Source: Thermotogota bacterium
Lineage (GTDB): Bacteria; Thermotogota; Thermotogae; Petrotogales; Petrotogaceae
NCBI GenBank assembly: GCA_051748045.1
Contig: JBNJGY010000023.1
Span: 1 to 30,654 of the forward strand
Direction of reading: 5' to 3'
DNA length: 30,654 bases
Under the pieces are notes generated by a model, which saw only the letters and a list, made by a program, of their open reading frames with translations, searched no databases and was not told the origin of the DNA. Below are positions 9,485 through 17,733 of the stretch, one piece after another; within the stretch, counting starts at the first letter, position 1; each line of letters starts with the position of its first letter. The position numbers were made by a program, and so were the translations under genes.

Positions 9485-10426
9485 TTGATATACTATCTTA
9501 GAAGAACTTTTACAATGCTCATAACAATTTTTTTAGTAAGTCTTATAACTTTTTTTGCCTTTCAGATAATTCCCGGAGACCCTGTTTTATCTAAACTTGG
9601 AGTAGATGCTGACGAGGCTCAAATTGAAGCATTAACAAATGAATTAAACTTAGATCAACCAGTACTCAAGAGATATTTCTCTTGGGTATCTGGTATTTTT
9701 ACAGGCGATATGGGAAATTCAATAAGGTATGATAGAGAAGTAGCTGTAATGATCTTATCAAGACTACCTGTTACTTTTTCTTTGGCAATAATAGCTATGT
9801 TATTGGTTATTATTTTTGGTATTCCAATTGGAATATTATCTGCAAAATACGATAAAAAAACCTCTGGATTTTTAATCAATTTTTTTACTCAAGTAAGTAT
9901 GGCAGTTCCTTCTTTTTGGACAGGGATTTTACTAATGTATCTTTTTGGGCTAATACTAAATTGGATAACTCCTGGATCTTATACTCCTTGGTCAGATAAT
10001 ATTTTTGAAGCTTTTAAATCTTTAATATTACCTTCTTTGGCAATAGCTATACCCAATATAGCAGTTGTTGTAAGGTATCTAAGAAATACTATTTTAGAAC
10101 AGAAAAATCAAGATTATACTAGAACTGCTCTTTCCAAAGGAGCTAAACCAGGTTATGTTCTTGTGAAACATATATTAAGGAACGCATTAATTCCCGTAAT
10201 TACAGTCTTAGGTATGATCACAGCAAAGATTCTTGCTGGGAGTATAATAATTGAACAAGTTTTTAGTTTACCAGGGCTAGGAAGACTTTTGATAAATGCC
10301 ATATCAACAAGAGACCTACCACTTGTTCAAGGTATGATATTGTATTTTTCAATTTTAATAGTGTTAATTAATTTTATAATAGATATTATTTACAAATTAG
10401 TTGATCCACGAATTCAGTACACTTAA
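9485..10426 (+). CDS. oppB: Opp/Dpp ABC permease
   Basis: PGDP, GDMGNS, EAA-like loop DYTRTALSKG, HILRNALIP, C-terminal DPRI. Confidence 0.93.
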   Translation: MIYYLRRTFTMLITIFLVSLITFFAFQIIPGDPVLSKLGVDADEAQIEALTNELNLDQPVLKRYFSWVSGIFTGDMGNSIRYDREVAVMILSRLPVTFSLAIIAMLLVIIFGIPIGILSAKYDKKTSGFLINFFTQVSMAVPSFWTGILLMYLFGLILNWITPGSYTPWSDNIFEAFKSLILPSLAIAIPNIAVVVRYLRNTILEQKNQDYTRTALSKGAKPGYVLVKHILRNALIPVITVLGMITAKILAGSIIIEQVFSLPGLGRLLINAISTRDLPLVQGMILYFSILIVLINFIIDIIYKLVDPRIQYT

Positions 10427-10438
10427 GGGGATTTAACA

Positions 10439-11242
10439 ATGAAAAAAAATATAAATTTTAAAATAGGTTTTGTATTAGTTGCTTTACTATTTGTTTTTAT
10501 GATGGTTAGTTTAGTATATACCCCATATGAAGTAACAAAAATGGACTTTTTAAATAAATTACAAAGTCCATCTTTAGATCATATTATGGGCACAGATAAC
10601 TTTGGAAGAGATATTTTCAGTAGAATCATGACAGGTTCTCAAACAGCGTTTTTTGTAGGAGGCCTTGCTGTAGGAATAGGGCTTTTTTTTGGAGTCATAC
10701 TAGGTTCGGTATCTGGATACTTTGGAGGAATCATTGACGAAATAATAATGAGATTTATGGATGCTATGATAGCTTTTCCAGGAATTTTATTCGCTCTTAT
10801 GTTCGTTGCGATTTTTGGTGTTGGTATAACAAATACCATTATAGCTATCGGAATAATGGCAATACCTAATTTCGCTAGAATAACAAGAAGTAGCTTTATC
10901 CAACATAAACAATTTGATTATGTAAAAACAGGTATTGTTGCAGGGGCATCATCATCTAGAATAATATTTTTTCATATACTACCAAATGTATTGTCTCCTA
11001 TTATAGTAGCTTCATCATTGGGATTTGCTACAGCTGTTCTTTCTGAAGCTGCGTTAAGCTATCTTGGTTTAGGAGTACAACCTCCATATCCAAGTTGGGG
11101 AAGAATGTTGAATGAATCACAAGTATATTTAACCAAAGCTCCTTGGTATGCTTTAGCCCCTGGGATAATGATAACTCTTACTGTCTTAGGTTTTAACTTT
11201 CTCGGTGACGGATTAAGAGACTTCTCAGATAAAAAGAATTGA
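10439..11242 (+). CDS. oppC: Opp/Dpp ABC permease
   Basis: MGTDNFGRDIFSR, HILPN, LSYLGLG..PP.PSWG, LGDGLRD. Confidence 0.93.
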   Translation: MKKNINFKIGFVLVALLFVFMMVSLVYTPYEVTKMDFLNKLQSPSLDHIMGTDNFGRDIFSRIMTGSQTAFFVGGLAVGIGLFFGVILGSVSGYFGGIIDEIIMRFMDAMIAFPGILFALMFVAIFGVGITNTIIAIGIMAIPNFARITRSSFIQHKQFDYVKTGIVAGASSSRIIFFHILPNVLSPIIVASSLGFATAVLSEAALSYLGLGVQPPYPSWGRMLNESQVYLTKAPWYALAPGIMITLTVLGFNFLGDGLRDFSDKKN

Positions 11243-11251
11243 GGGATTAAA

Positions 11252-12214
11252 ATGTCAAATAAATTAATGTCTATAAATAATTTAACCATACAATTTGAAA
11301 ATGAAAACATAAAAACAATAGCTGTAAATGACGTTTCTTTTGATATAAAAGAAAGTGAAATAGTTGGTCTTGTTGGTGAATCTGGATGTGGAAAAACAGT
11401 TACCTCTTTAGGTTTGATAGGATTACTTCCAAATTCAGCTGACATAAAATCAGGAAAAATAATTTACGAGAATAAAGATATCTTAAATATAAAAGAAACC
11501 CAAAAGAGAAAATTAAGGGGTAAGGATATATCAATGATATTCCAAGAACCTATGACATCGTTAAATCCTTTATGGAAATGCGGAAAACAAATAGGGGAAA
11601 CTATAAAACTTCATCATAAAATAGGAAAATATGAATTAAAAAAAAGAGTTTTAAAAATAATTGAAAATGTTGGTCTTCCTAACCCTGAAACGATTTACAA
11701 CAAATACCCTCACGAACTATCTGGAGGCCAAAGGCAAAGAGTTATGATTGGAATAGCTATTTCTAATCATCCAGATCTTATAATAGCTGATGAACCTACA
11801 ACATCTTTAGACGTCACCATCCAAGCGCAAATCATTGAATTATTAAAAGATATAAATAAAAAAGAAAAATCTTCTATTTTATTTATATCTCATGATCTTG
11901 GTGTAATACATGAAATAGCAGATAGAGTGATTGTTATGTATGCTGGTTTTATTGTTGAAATTGCTAGTAGAAAAGAATTATACTCAAATCCAAAACACCC
12001 TTACACATTAAAGCTTTTACAATCTATACCAGTTCCAGAAAAAAAAGGTAAAAAGCTAGAAGCTATTTCTGGTATCGTACCAAGAATAAGCGGGGATATA
12101 AGTTATTGCCCTTTTGTAGATAGATGTTCTATTGCAAAAGACATTTGTAGAGAAAAACTCCCTGAATTAGAAGAAAAAGAAAACAATCATTTTGCTAGAT
12201 GTTTACTAACTTGA
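11252..12214 (+). CDS. oppD: Opp/Dpp ABC ATPase
   Basis: [36 protein letters not shown]-terminal Cys cluster. Confidence 0.95.
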   Translation: MSNKLMSINNLTIQFENENIKTIAVNDVSFDIKESEIVGLVGESGCGKTVTSLGLIGLLPNSADIKSGKIIYENKDILNIKETQKRKLRGKDISMIFQEPMTSLNPLWKCGKQIGETIKLHHKIGKYELKKRVLKIIENVGLPNPETIYNKYPHELSGGQRQRVMIGIAISNHPDLIIADEPTTSLDVTIQAQIIELLKDINKKEKSSILFISHDLGVIHEIADRVIVMYAGFIVEIASRKELYSNPKHPYTLKLLQSIPVPEKKGKKLEAISGIVPRISGDISYCPFVDRCSIAKDICREKLPELEEKENNHFARCLLT

Positions 12215-12226
12215 GAGGCTGATAAT

Positions 12227-13207
12227 ATGTCAAACTATATATACGAAGTACAAAATTTAAAAAAATTTTTTAAATCCCCTAAAAAAAAGCTTTTTGAAAA
12301 AAATAATTATTTAAAGGCTGTTAACGGGGTGAATTTCAAAATAAAAAAGGGCGAAACATTTGGCCTTGTTGGAGAATCTGGTTGTGGTAAAACAACTGTT
12401 GGATACAACATGATAAAGCTTCATGAACCTAATGAAGGTAAACTAATATTCAAAGGAAAAGACGTAACAAACATAAAAGGTGATGAGTTAAAAGAGTTCA
12501 GAAGTAACGTTCAAATAGTTTTTCAAGATCCATATAGTTCTTTAAACCCAAAGAAAAAAATAGGTTGGATTTTAGAAGAACCTTTAAAATCTCATGGAAT
12601 GAAAGATAAAAAAGAAAGATATAATAAAGTTATAGAAATGCTTGAAGATGTTGGTTTTGAAAATGATTATTACAGTAGATACCCTCATGAACTATCAGGT
12701 GGTCAAAGACAAAGAATAATGATCATACATGCTTTGATGTTGAATCCAGATTTTGTAATTTTAGATGAATCTGTTTCAGCTTTAGATGTGTCGGTACAAT
12801 CTCAAATTTTAAATCTTTTAAATAAACTCCAAGAAGAGTTTAATTTAACGTATTTATTTATTTCTCACGATTTAAATGTTGTCCATTATATTAGTGATAG
12901 AATTGCTGTTATGTATATGGGTGAAATAGTAGAACTCGCAACCGCGGACGAAATATACCACTCTCCAAAACATCCTTACACAAAAGCTCTTTTTTCTGCT
13001 ATTCCAAAAATTACTAAAGAAGGAACGAAAAGGATTATTCTTTCTGGAGATATACCTGACCCTGCTAATCCTCCTAAAGGTTGTAAATTCCATACAAGAT
13101 GCCCTCAAGCAAAAGATAAATGCAGCAAAGAAATACCACATGATTATAAGCTAAACAATAATCATGTAGTTAAATGTTTTTTATATGAAAATGGAGGAGA
13201 AAAATGA
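12227..13207 (+). CDS. oppF: Opp/Dpp ABC ATPase
   Basis: [42 protein letters not shown]. Confidence 0.95.
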   Translation: MSNYIYEVQNLKKFFKSPKKKLFEKNNYLKAVNGVNFKIKKGETFGLVGESGCGKTTVGYNMIKLHEPNEGKLIFKGKDVTNIKGDELKEFRSNVQIVFQDPYSSLNPKKKIGWILEEPLKSHGMKDKKERYNKVIEMLEDVGFENDYYSRYPHELSGGQRQRIMIIHALMLNPDFVILDESVSALDVSVQSQILNLLNKLQEEFNLTYLFISHDLNVVHYISDRIAVMYMGEIVELATADEIYHSPKHPYTKALFSAIPKITKEGTKRIILSGDIPDPANPPKGCKFHTRCPQAKDKCSKEIPHDYKLNNNHVVKCFLYENGGEK

Positions 13208-14010
13208 AAATATCAATATTATCTGACATACATGTTGACAAACAAGTAGTAGAATCTGATCCTGTAGAGATAGCACTGTTAAAAGTTTTAAATGAGGATA
13301 CCCCAGACTATTTAATAATCGCAGGTGACATAGCAGACGATTATCAGAAAAGTTTAGAAATACTATTTTATTTAGAAAACAATACAAAAACTAAAATTTT
13401 ATTTGTTCCAGGTAATCATGACTTATGGAACAAAGAAAATTATATTGAAAACACAAATGAAATTTATTTAAAGCTAAAAGAATTTCAAGGAAATCTCTCT
13501 AATGGGCCTATTATCATAGGGGATTGGGCCATTGTTGGTGATGTAGGTTGGTATGATTACTCATTTGCACATGAAAAATATTCTTTAGATGAACTCTCAA
13601 AAGGAAACGATTTTAACAGACATTGGAAGGATAAAAAATTTGTTAACTGGGGAAAAGATGATATAACAGTAACCAATGATTTCAAAAATAAAATAAATTC
13701 TCAAATAGAAAAATTGAAAGACAAAAATATTATACTGGTTACCCATGTCGTAACTCACGAAAAATTCACCGTTAAGAACCGAAATATGTGGGAATATTTC
13801 AACGCTTATTTAGGGACTCAAAATTACGATGAAATATATAAGAAAGATCAGGTAAAATACGTAATAATGGGCCATGTTCATTATCGAAAGAAAATTATGG
13901 AAAATGAAACACTTTTTATATGTAATTGTTTGAATTATAGAAATCAATGGTTTCACTCAAAAGATGCATACACTGAAATAAAAAGAGCTATGGCTACTAT
14001 AAAAATATAA
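13204..14010 (+). CDS. Calcineurin-like metallophosphoesterase
   Basis: SDIH, AGDIAD, PGNHD, VTH, MGHVH motifs; 4-nt overlap with oppF. Confidence 0.92.
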   Translation: MKISILSDIHVDKQVVESDPVEIALLKVLNEDTPDYLIIAGDIADDYQKSLEILFYLENNTKTKILFVPGNHDLWNKENYIENTNEIYLKLKEFQGNLSNGPIIIGDWAIVGDVGWYDYSFAHEKYSLDELSKGNDFNRHWKDKKFVNWGKDDITVTNDFKNKINSQIEKLKDKNIILVTHVVTHEKFTVKNRNMWEYFNAYLGTQNYDEIYKKDQVKYVIMGHVHYRKKIMENETLFICNCLNYRNQWFHSKDAYTEIKRAMATIKI

Positions 14011-14030
14011 TATATCCACCCTTGATTAAA

Positions 14031-14039
14031 TGTTATAAT
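14031..14039 (+). promoter_or_regulatory. Extended -10 promoter for GNAT-HAD
   Basis: TGTTATAAT ~20 nt upstream of ATG 14061; the same 9-mer lies upstream of five other genes in the window. Confidence 0.6.
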
Positions 14040-14060
14040 ATAATTGGGGGTGGAATTTTT

Positions 14061-15272
14061 ATGATAATAAAAAAACTAACTAAAGACTACAAAAAAGATT
14101 TACAAAAGTATTTTAAGATTTTTTTTAACACACCATTTGAAGATGAAGAAACAAAAGATGAAGTGTTTTTTGGTAATGATGATTTATGGAAATTTGTATG
14201 GGGAGCTTTTGAAGAAGAAAAGTTAGTGTCAACTTATATTAGCTTTGATGTTGATATTAAGATCAGGCAAAAATGGTTTAAAGGACATTATCTTGATGGT
14301 TTAGGAACACTACCTGGATATAGAAACAAAGGTTATATCAAACAAATGACAAAAAATGATTTTAATTTTTGCTATGAAAATAATATTCCTTTAATATTAT
14401 TAGACCCATTTAAACACAGTTATTATGAAAAATTTGGATTCAAAACTTCTTTTACAAATAATCAATTAGAACTTCCTTTTCAGCTGTTAAAATCTGAGTT
14501 TATTCAAACGGGTTATAGTTTAGAAATTGATTTTATAAACGAGAATGAAAAACTAAAAAATGATAAAATAAAGCTATTCGAAAAAATTCAAGAATATTCT
14601 AGATATAATGAAATGAAAATGGCTTCTCCTTATGACAAATCAGTTTTTTTGAATAAAAAACAACTTCTATGTGTAGTATATGATGGAAAAGAGCCTAAAG
14701 GCTACATGGTTTGTGAAAAAGAAAAGAGAACTCTGAAAATTTACAATTTAAAATACACTGATTTGAAATCTCTTTTTGAATTAAGAAATTTATTAATTAG
14801 TTTCAAAGATCAAATGAATAACTTTAGTTTTACAAAATTACCACCAGATTTCCCTTATGAAATTTTTATAGACAGCTATTATGGGGGAGGAAATTATTCA
14901 GTTAGAAAATTATTTGAAACAAGAATGATGAGAATAATTAAACCAGAAATAATGCTTGAAAAAATAGCAAAATTACCAGAAGACTTTTCTATAAAACTAA
15001 AAATAAATGACGATATGATTCCTCAAAATAACAAGACTTTTTTAATAAATAAAAATGGTTTAAAGGAAACAGATCAAAAGCAAGATTTAACAATTGATAT
15101 AAGAAACTTATCTCAAATGATCACTGGCTATAAATCACCAAAAGTATTATACAGAGAAGGAAAATTTGTAGAATTTCAAGATATAGATTTATTAAAAGAT
15201 GTGCCACAAATAATAGAAAATTTAGAAAAAATATTCCCTCCTGAAATAACATTTACAGGTGAGGAATTCTAA
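14061..15272 (+). CDS. Eis-like tandem GNAT acetyltransferase with SCP2-like C-terminus
   Basis: TLPGYRNKG acetyl-CoA motif, YYEKFGF, LKINDDMIPQNN, LSQMITGY, terminal Phe; ATG 14061 has a GGGGGTGG RBS (ORF track starts at 14022). Confidence 0.82.
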   Translation: MIIKKLTKDYKKDLQKYFKIFFNTPFEDEETKDEVFFGNDDLWKFVWGAFEEEKLVSTYISFDVDIKIRQKWFKGHYLDGLGTLPGYRNKGYIKQMTKNDFNFCYENNIPLILLDPFKHSYYEKFGFKTSFTNNQLELPFQLLKSEFIQTGYSLEIDFINENEKLKNDKIKLFEKIQEYSRYNEMKMASPYDKSVFLNKKQLLCVVYDGKEPKGYMVCEKEKRTLKIYNLKYTDLKSLFELRNLLISFKDQMNNFSFTKLPPDFPYEIFIDSYYGGGNYSVRKLFETRMMRIIKPEIMLEKIAKLPEDFSIKLKINDDMIPQNNKTFLINKNGLKETDQKQDLTIDIRNLSQMITGYKSPKVLYREGKFVEFQDIDLLKDVPQIIENLEKIFPPEITFTGEEF

Positions 15273-15284
15273 GGAGTGATTTTT

Positions 15285-15917
15285 TTGATCAAAAATATAG
15301 TATTTGACTTAGATGGGACTATACTAAATACAGAATCTTTTATAATTGATGGAATAAACTATTCATTAAGAAAAATGGATCTTCCAGAAAAAGAAAAAGA
15401 CGAAATACGAGAAAAAATAGGTCTTCAATCTGACGCTTTTTATAACGAGCTTTTTTATGAATATGAAGAAGATGAAGTAAAAGATATAAAAAAAGAAATT
15501 TATTCGCATAAAGATAGGTTTATTAAAGAACAAGGGAAACTATATGAAAAGATGGAAGATGTGATTAAAAATCTACATTCTAAAGGTTATAGATTAAGCA
15601 TTTGTTCTCATGGTAAAATAGACTACATTGAAAATATATTAGAACATTTTCACTTAAAAAAATTCTTTTCCACTATAAAAGGCTATGAAAAATCAAAAAC
15701 CAAAGAAGACCATTTAAGAGAAATAATGAAAGAAGAAAACACTGATAAATTAGTTTTTATTGGAGACAGATATATTGATTTTGAAGCAGCTAAAAATACT
15801 GGAAATATTTCTATAGGCGTTAGCCATGGTTTTGGAAAAGAAGAATTGAAAAAAGCAGACTATGTGGTAGACAACCCTTGTGACATAATAGATATAATTG
15901 AAAAAATAAATAATTAG
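15285..15917 (+). CDS. HAD-family phosphatase (Gph/5'-nucleotidase-like)
   Basis: FDLDGT motif I, FIGDRYID motif IV, ADYVVD; TTG 15285 suits the AGGAG spacing better than GTG 15276. Confidence 0.9.
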   Translation: MIKNIVFDLDGTILNTESFIIDGINYSLRKMDLPEKEKDEIREKIGLQSDAFYNELFYEYEEDEVKDIKKEIYSHKDRFIKEQGKLYEKMEDVIKNLHSKGYRLSICSHGKIDYIENILEHFHLKKFFSTIKGYEKSKTKEDHLREIMKEENTDKLVFIGDRYIDFEAAKNTGNISIGVSHGFGKEELKKADYVVDNPCDIIDIIEKINN

Positions 15918-15948
15918 AAAAAGGAAGAAGCTCAGCTTCTTCCTTTTT
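15918..15948. terminator. Bidirectional terminator overlapping the rsgA stop codon
   Basis: AAAAAGGAAGAAGCT-c-AGCTTCTTCCTTTTT. Confidence 0.85.
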
Positions 15949-16846
15949 GTAATCTTAAATAATTTTTATAAACTTTTTTATCTATTAAATTTTTTTCGAC
16001 TGCTTCTTTAACCGCACAATCTGGTTCGTGAGTATGAGAACAATCTCTGAATTTACAATTATTAGAAAACTCTTCAATATCCTTGAAAACATTGTTTAGC
16101 TCAGCGTCATCGGTCATTCCAAACTCTCTAATTCCTGGAGTATCCACTAAATAAGTATTTTCATCTATTTTATAAACTCTGGAATTAGTAGTTGTATGCT
16201 TCCCTTTATGAAGTTTTTCGCTTACCTCTCCAGTTTTAGCTTGAACTGAATTTGTGATCGAATTAATTAAAGTTGATTTACCTGCTCCTGATTTTCCCAT
16301 AAAAGCAATTTTTTTACCTTTAACATAATCTTTCAAATCATTTATTCCCGAGTTTTCTAAATTACTAATCCTAAAAGTTTTTATAGAATTATTTTCAAAG
16401 TACACTTCATCTTCTTTGAGTTTCTTTTCATCTTCTAGAAGATCTATTTTATTAAAACAAACAATTGGTTCTACATTACCATTTTTGGCTGCAGTAATAA
16501 ATCTTTCTATCAATCCAGTTTTATACTCAGGATTTTTAATAGGTGCAACAATTATTAAATAATCAATATTAGCAGCTAAAACTTGCTTTAAATGCTGTTT
16601 GTTTTTTCCCACACCTTTTCTGCTTATAGTAGAATTTCTTGGCAAAACTTTTTTAATCTCATAATTATTTGCCCTCTCTTCAAATTCTATATAATCACAT
16701 ATAGCTACAGGATTTACATATTTTCTTTTACTCTTTTTGTTTTTCTTTAATTTTAAAGAACAGTTGTAAAAATTTCCTTCTGATTCAACAAAATAATTAT
16801 CTCTATTTACTTCTAAAACCATACCTTTTTTCAATATTTTCTCCAT
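15932..16846 (-). CDS. rsgA: Ribosome small subunit-dependent GTPase A
   Basis: OB-fold N-terminus, NKIDL, GKSGAGKS, GKHTTT, DTPG, Zn finger CKFRDCSHTHEPDC; start may be TTG 16834. Confidence 0.96.
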   Translation of the reverse strand: MEKILKKGMVLEVNRDNYFVESEGNFYNCSLKLKKNKKSKRKYVNPVAICDYIEFEERANNYEIKKVLPRNSTISRKGVGKNKQHLKQVLAANIDYLIIVAPIKNPEYKTGLIERFITAAKNGNVEPIVCFNKIDLLEDEKKLKEDEVYFENNSIKTFRISNLENSGINDLKDYVKGKKIAFMGKSGAGKSTLINSITNSVQAKTGEVSEKLHKGKHTTTNSRVYKIDENTYLVDTPGIREFGMTDDAELNNVFKDIEEFSNNCKFRDCSHTHEPDCAVKEAVEKNLIDKKVYKNYLRLQKGRS

Positions 16847-16895
16847 CTCCCTTATAAATGATTTCTGAGTTTAAAATAAAATAAAAATCACCCAT
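16803..16895 (-). CDS. Putative 30-aa leader ORF overlapping the rsgA start in another frame
   Basis: AGAAAGGTGGTG SD then ATG; MGDFYFILNSEIIYKGDGENIEKRYGFRSK*; TGTTATAAT promoter just upstream (~16928-16936). Confidence 0.45.
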   Translation of the reverse strand: MGDFYFILNSEIIYKGDGENIEKRYGFRSK

Positions 16896-17000
16896 AATTA
16901 CCACCACCTTTCTTTAACCTTATTTTTATTATAACATAATAATATAGTAATGTAATAAAAGATAAAATTAATACGTTAATAAAAATGGGAGGGGATAAAA

Positions 17001-17480
17001 ATGAAAAATTTATTAGTTTATAGGTCTAAACATGGAAGTGTAGAAGAGGTAATGAAATACATACACAACAACTTACCAGAAAATTCTCAAAATACTTTGA
17101 TTAATTTAAAAAAGAATAAAGAACTTTTCAAGGTAGAAGATGCTGACAATATCATTATAGGTACTTCTGTTTATGCTGGAACAATACATAGTGAAATAAA
17201 AAATTTCATAACAGATAATTATTTATTACTAAAAGATAAAAATGTATATATGATAATGTCTTGCGGAGATAAAGAAAAAATTCCAGAAGTTTTAGACAAA
17301 AATTTTGGTGAGCATAGAGATTGCATCGATGAAGTAATATACGCTGGATATGCATTCAAATTAGAAGATATGGGATTTTTTGAAAAGACTATAATTAAAA
17401 AAGTTGCAAAAATTGATAAATCTGAAAATAAACTCGAAATGGGTGCTGTAAATCAACTTTTGGATAGATTAAAACTGTAG
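17001..17480 (+). CDS. Flavodoxin-domain protein (HemG-like)
   Basis: YRSKHGS FMN loop, IIIGTSVYAG, MGFFEKTIIK; GGGAGGGG RBS. Confidence 0.85.
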   Translation: MKNLLVYRSKHGSVEEVMKYIHNNLPENSQNTLINLKKNKELFKVEDADNIIIGTSVYAGTIHSEIKNFITDNYLLLKDKNVYMIMSCGDKEKIPEVLDKNFGEHRDCIDEVIYAGYAFKLEDMGFFEKTIIKKVAKIDKSENKLEMGAVNQLLDRLKL

Positions 17481-17490
17481 AAATCGTTTC

Positions 17491-17620
17491 ACAATTCCTG
17501 TTGGAATTGTTTTTACTAATAAATTTTCGTAGAAATTTGAATTGTTTTAAAAGCTTAATTTCACTACGTGAAATTTACTGAATAGATGTCTCCATGCACT
17601 TCGTTTAGTCGACATGACAG
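17491..17620. repeat. Cluster of short palindromes plus a REP-like unit
   Basis: ACAATTCC-tgtt-GGAATTGT (17491-510), AATTTCAC-tac-GTGAAATT (17557-575), AGATGTCTCC...GTCGACATGAC (17584-618). Confidence 0.55.
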
Positions 17621-17688
17621 AGAGCATATATTTTTTTTATGAAGTTTTAAATATATTATTTTAAAAGACTCACTTAAAACATTACAAA

Positions 17689-17733
17689 ATAGAAAAAAGA
17701 AGCAGATTTTTTAAATCTGCTTCTTTTTCTATT
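17689..17733. terminator. Bidirectional intrinsic terminator
   Basis: AAAAAGAAGCAGATTT-ttt-AAATCTGCTTCTTTTT between convergent genes. Confidence 0.9.

Noticed and set aside
12100..13190. C-terminal Cys clusters in both ABC ATPases
   Set aside because: Standard feature of OppD/DppD-family ATPases; not novel.
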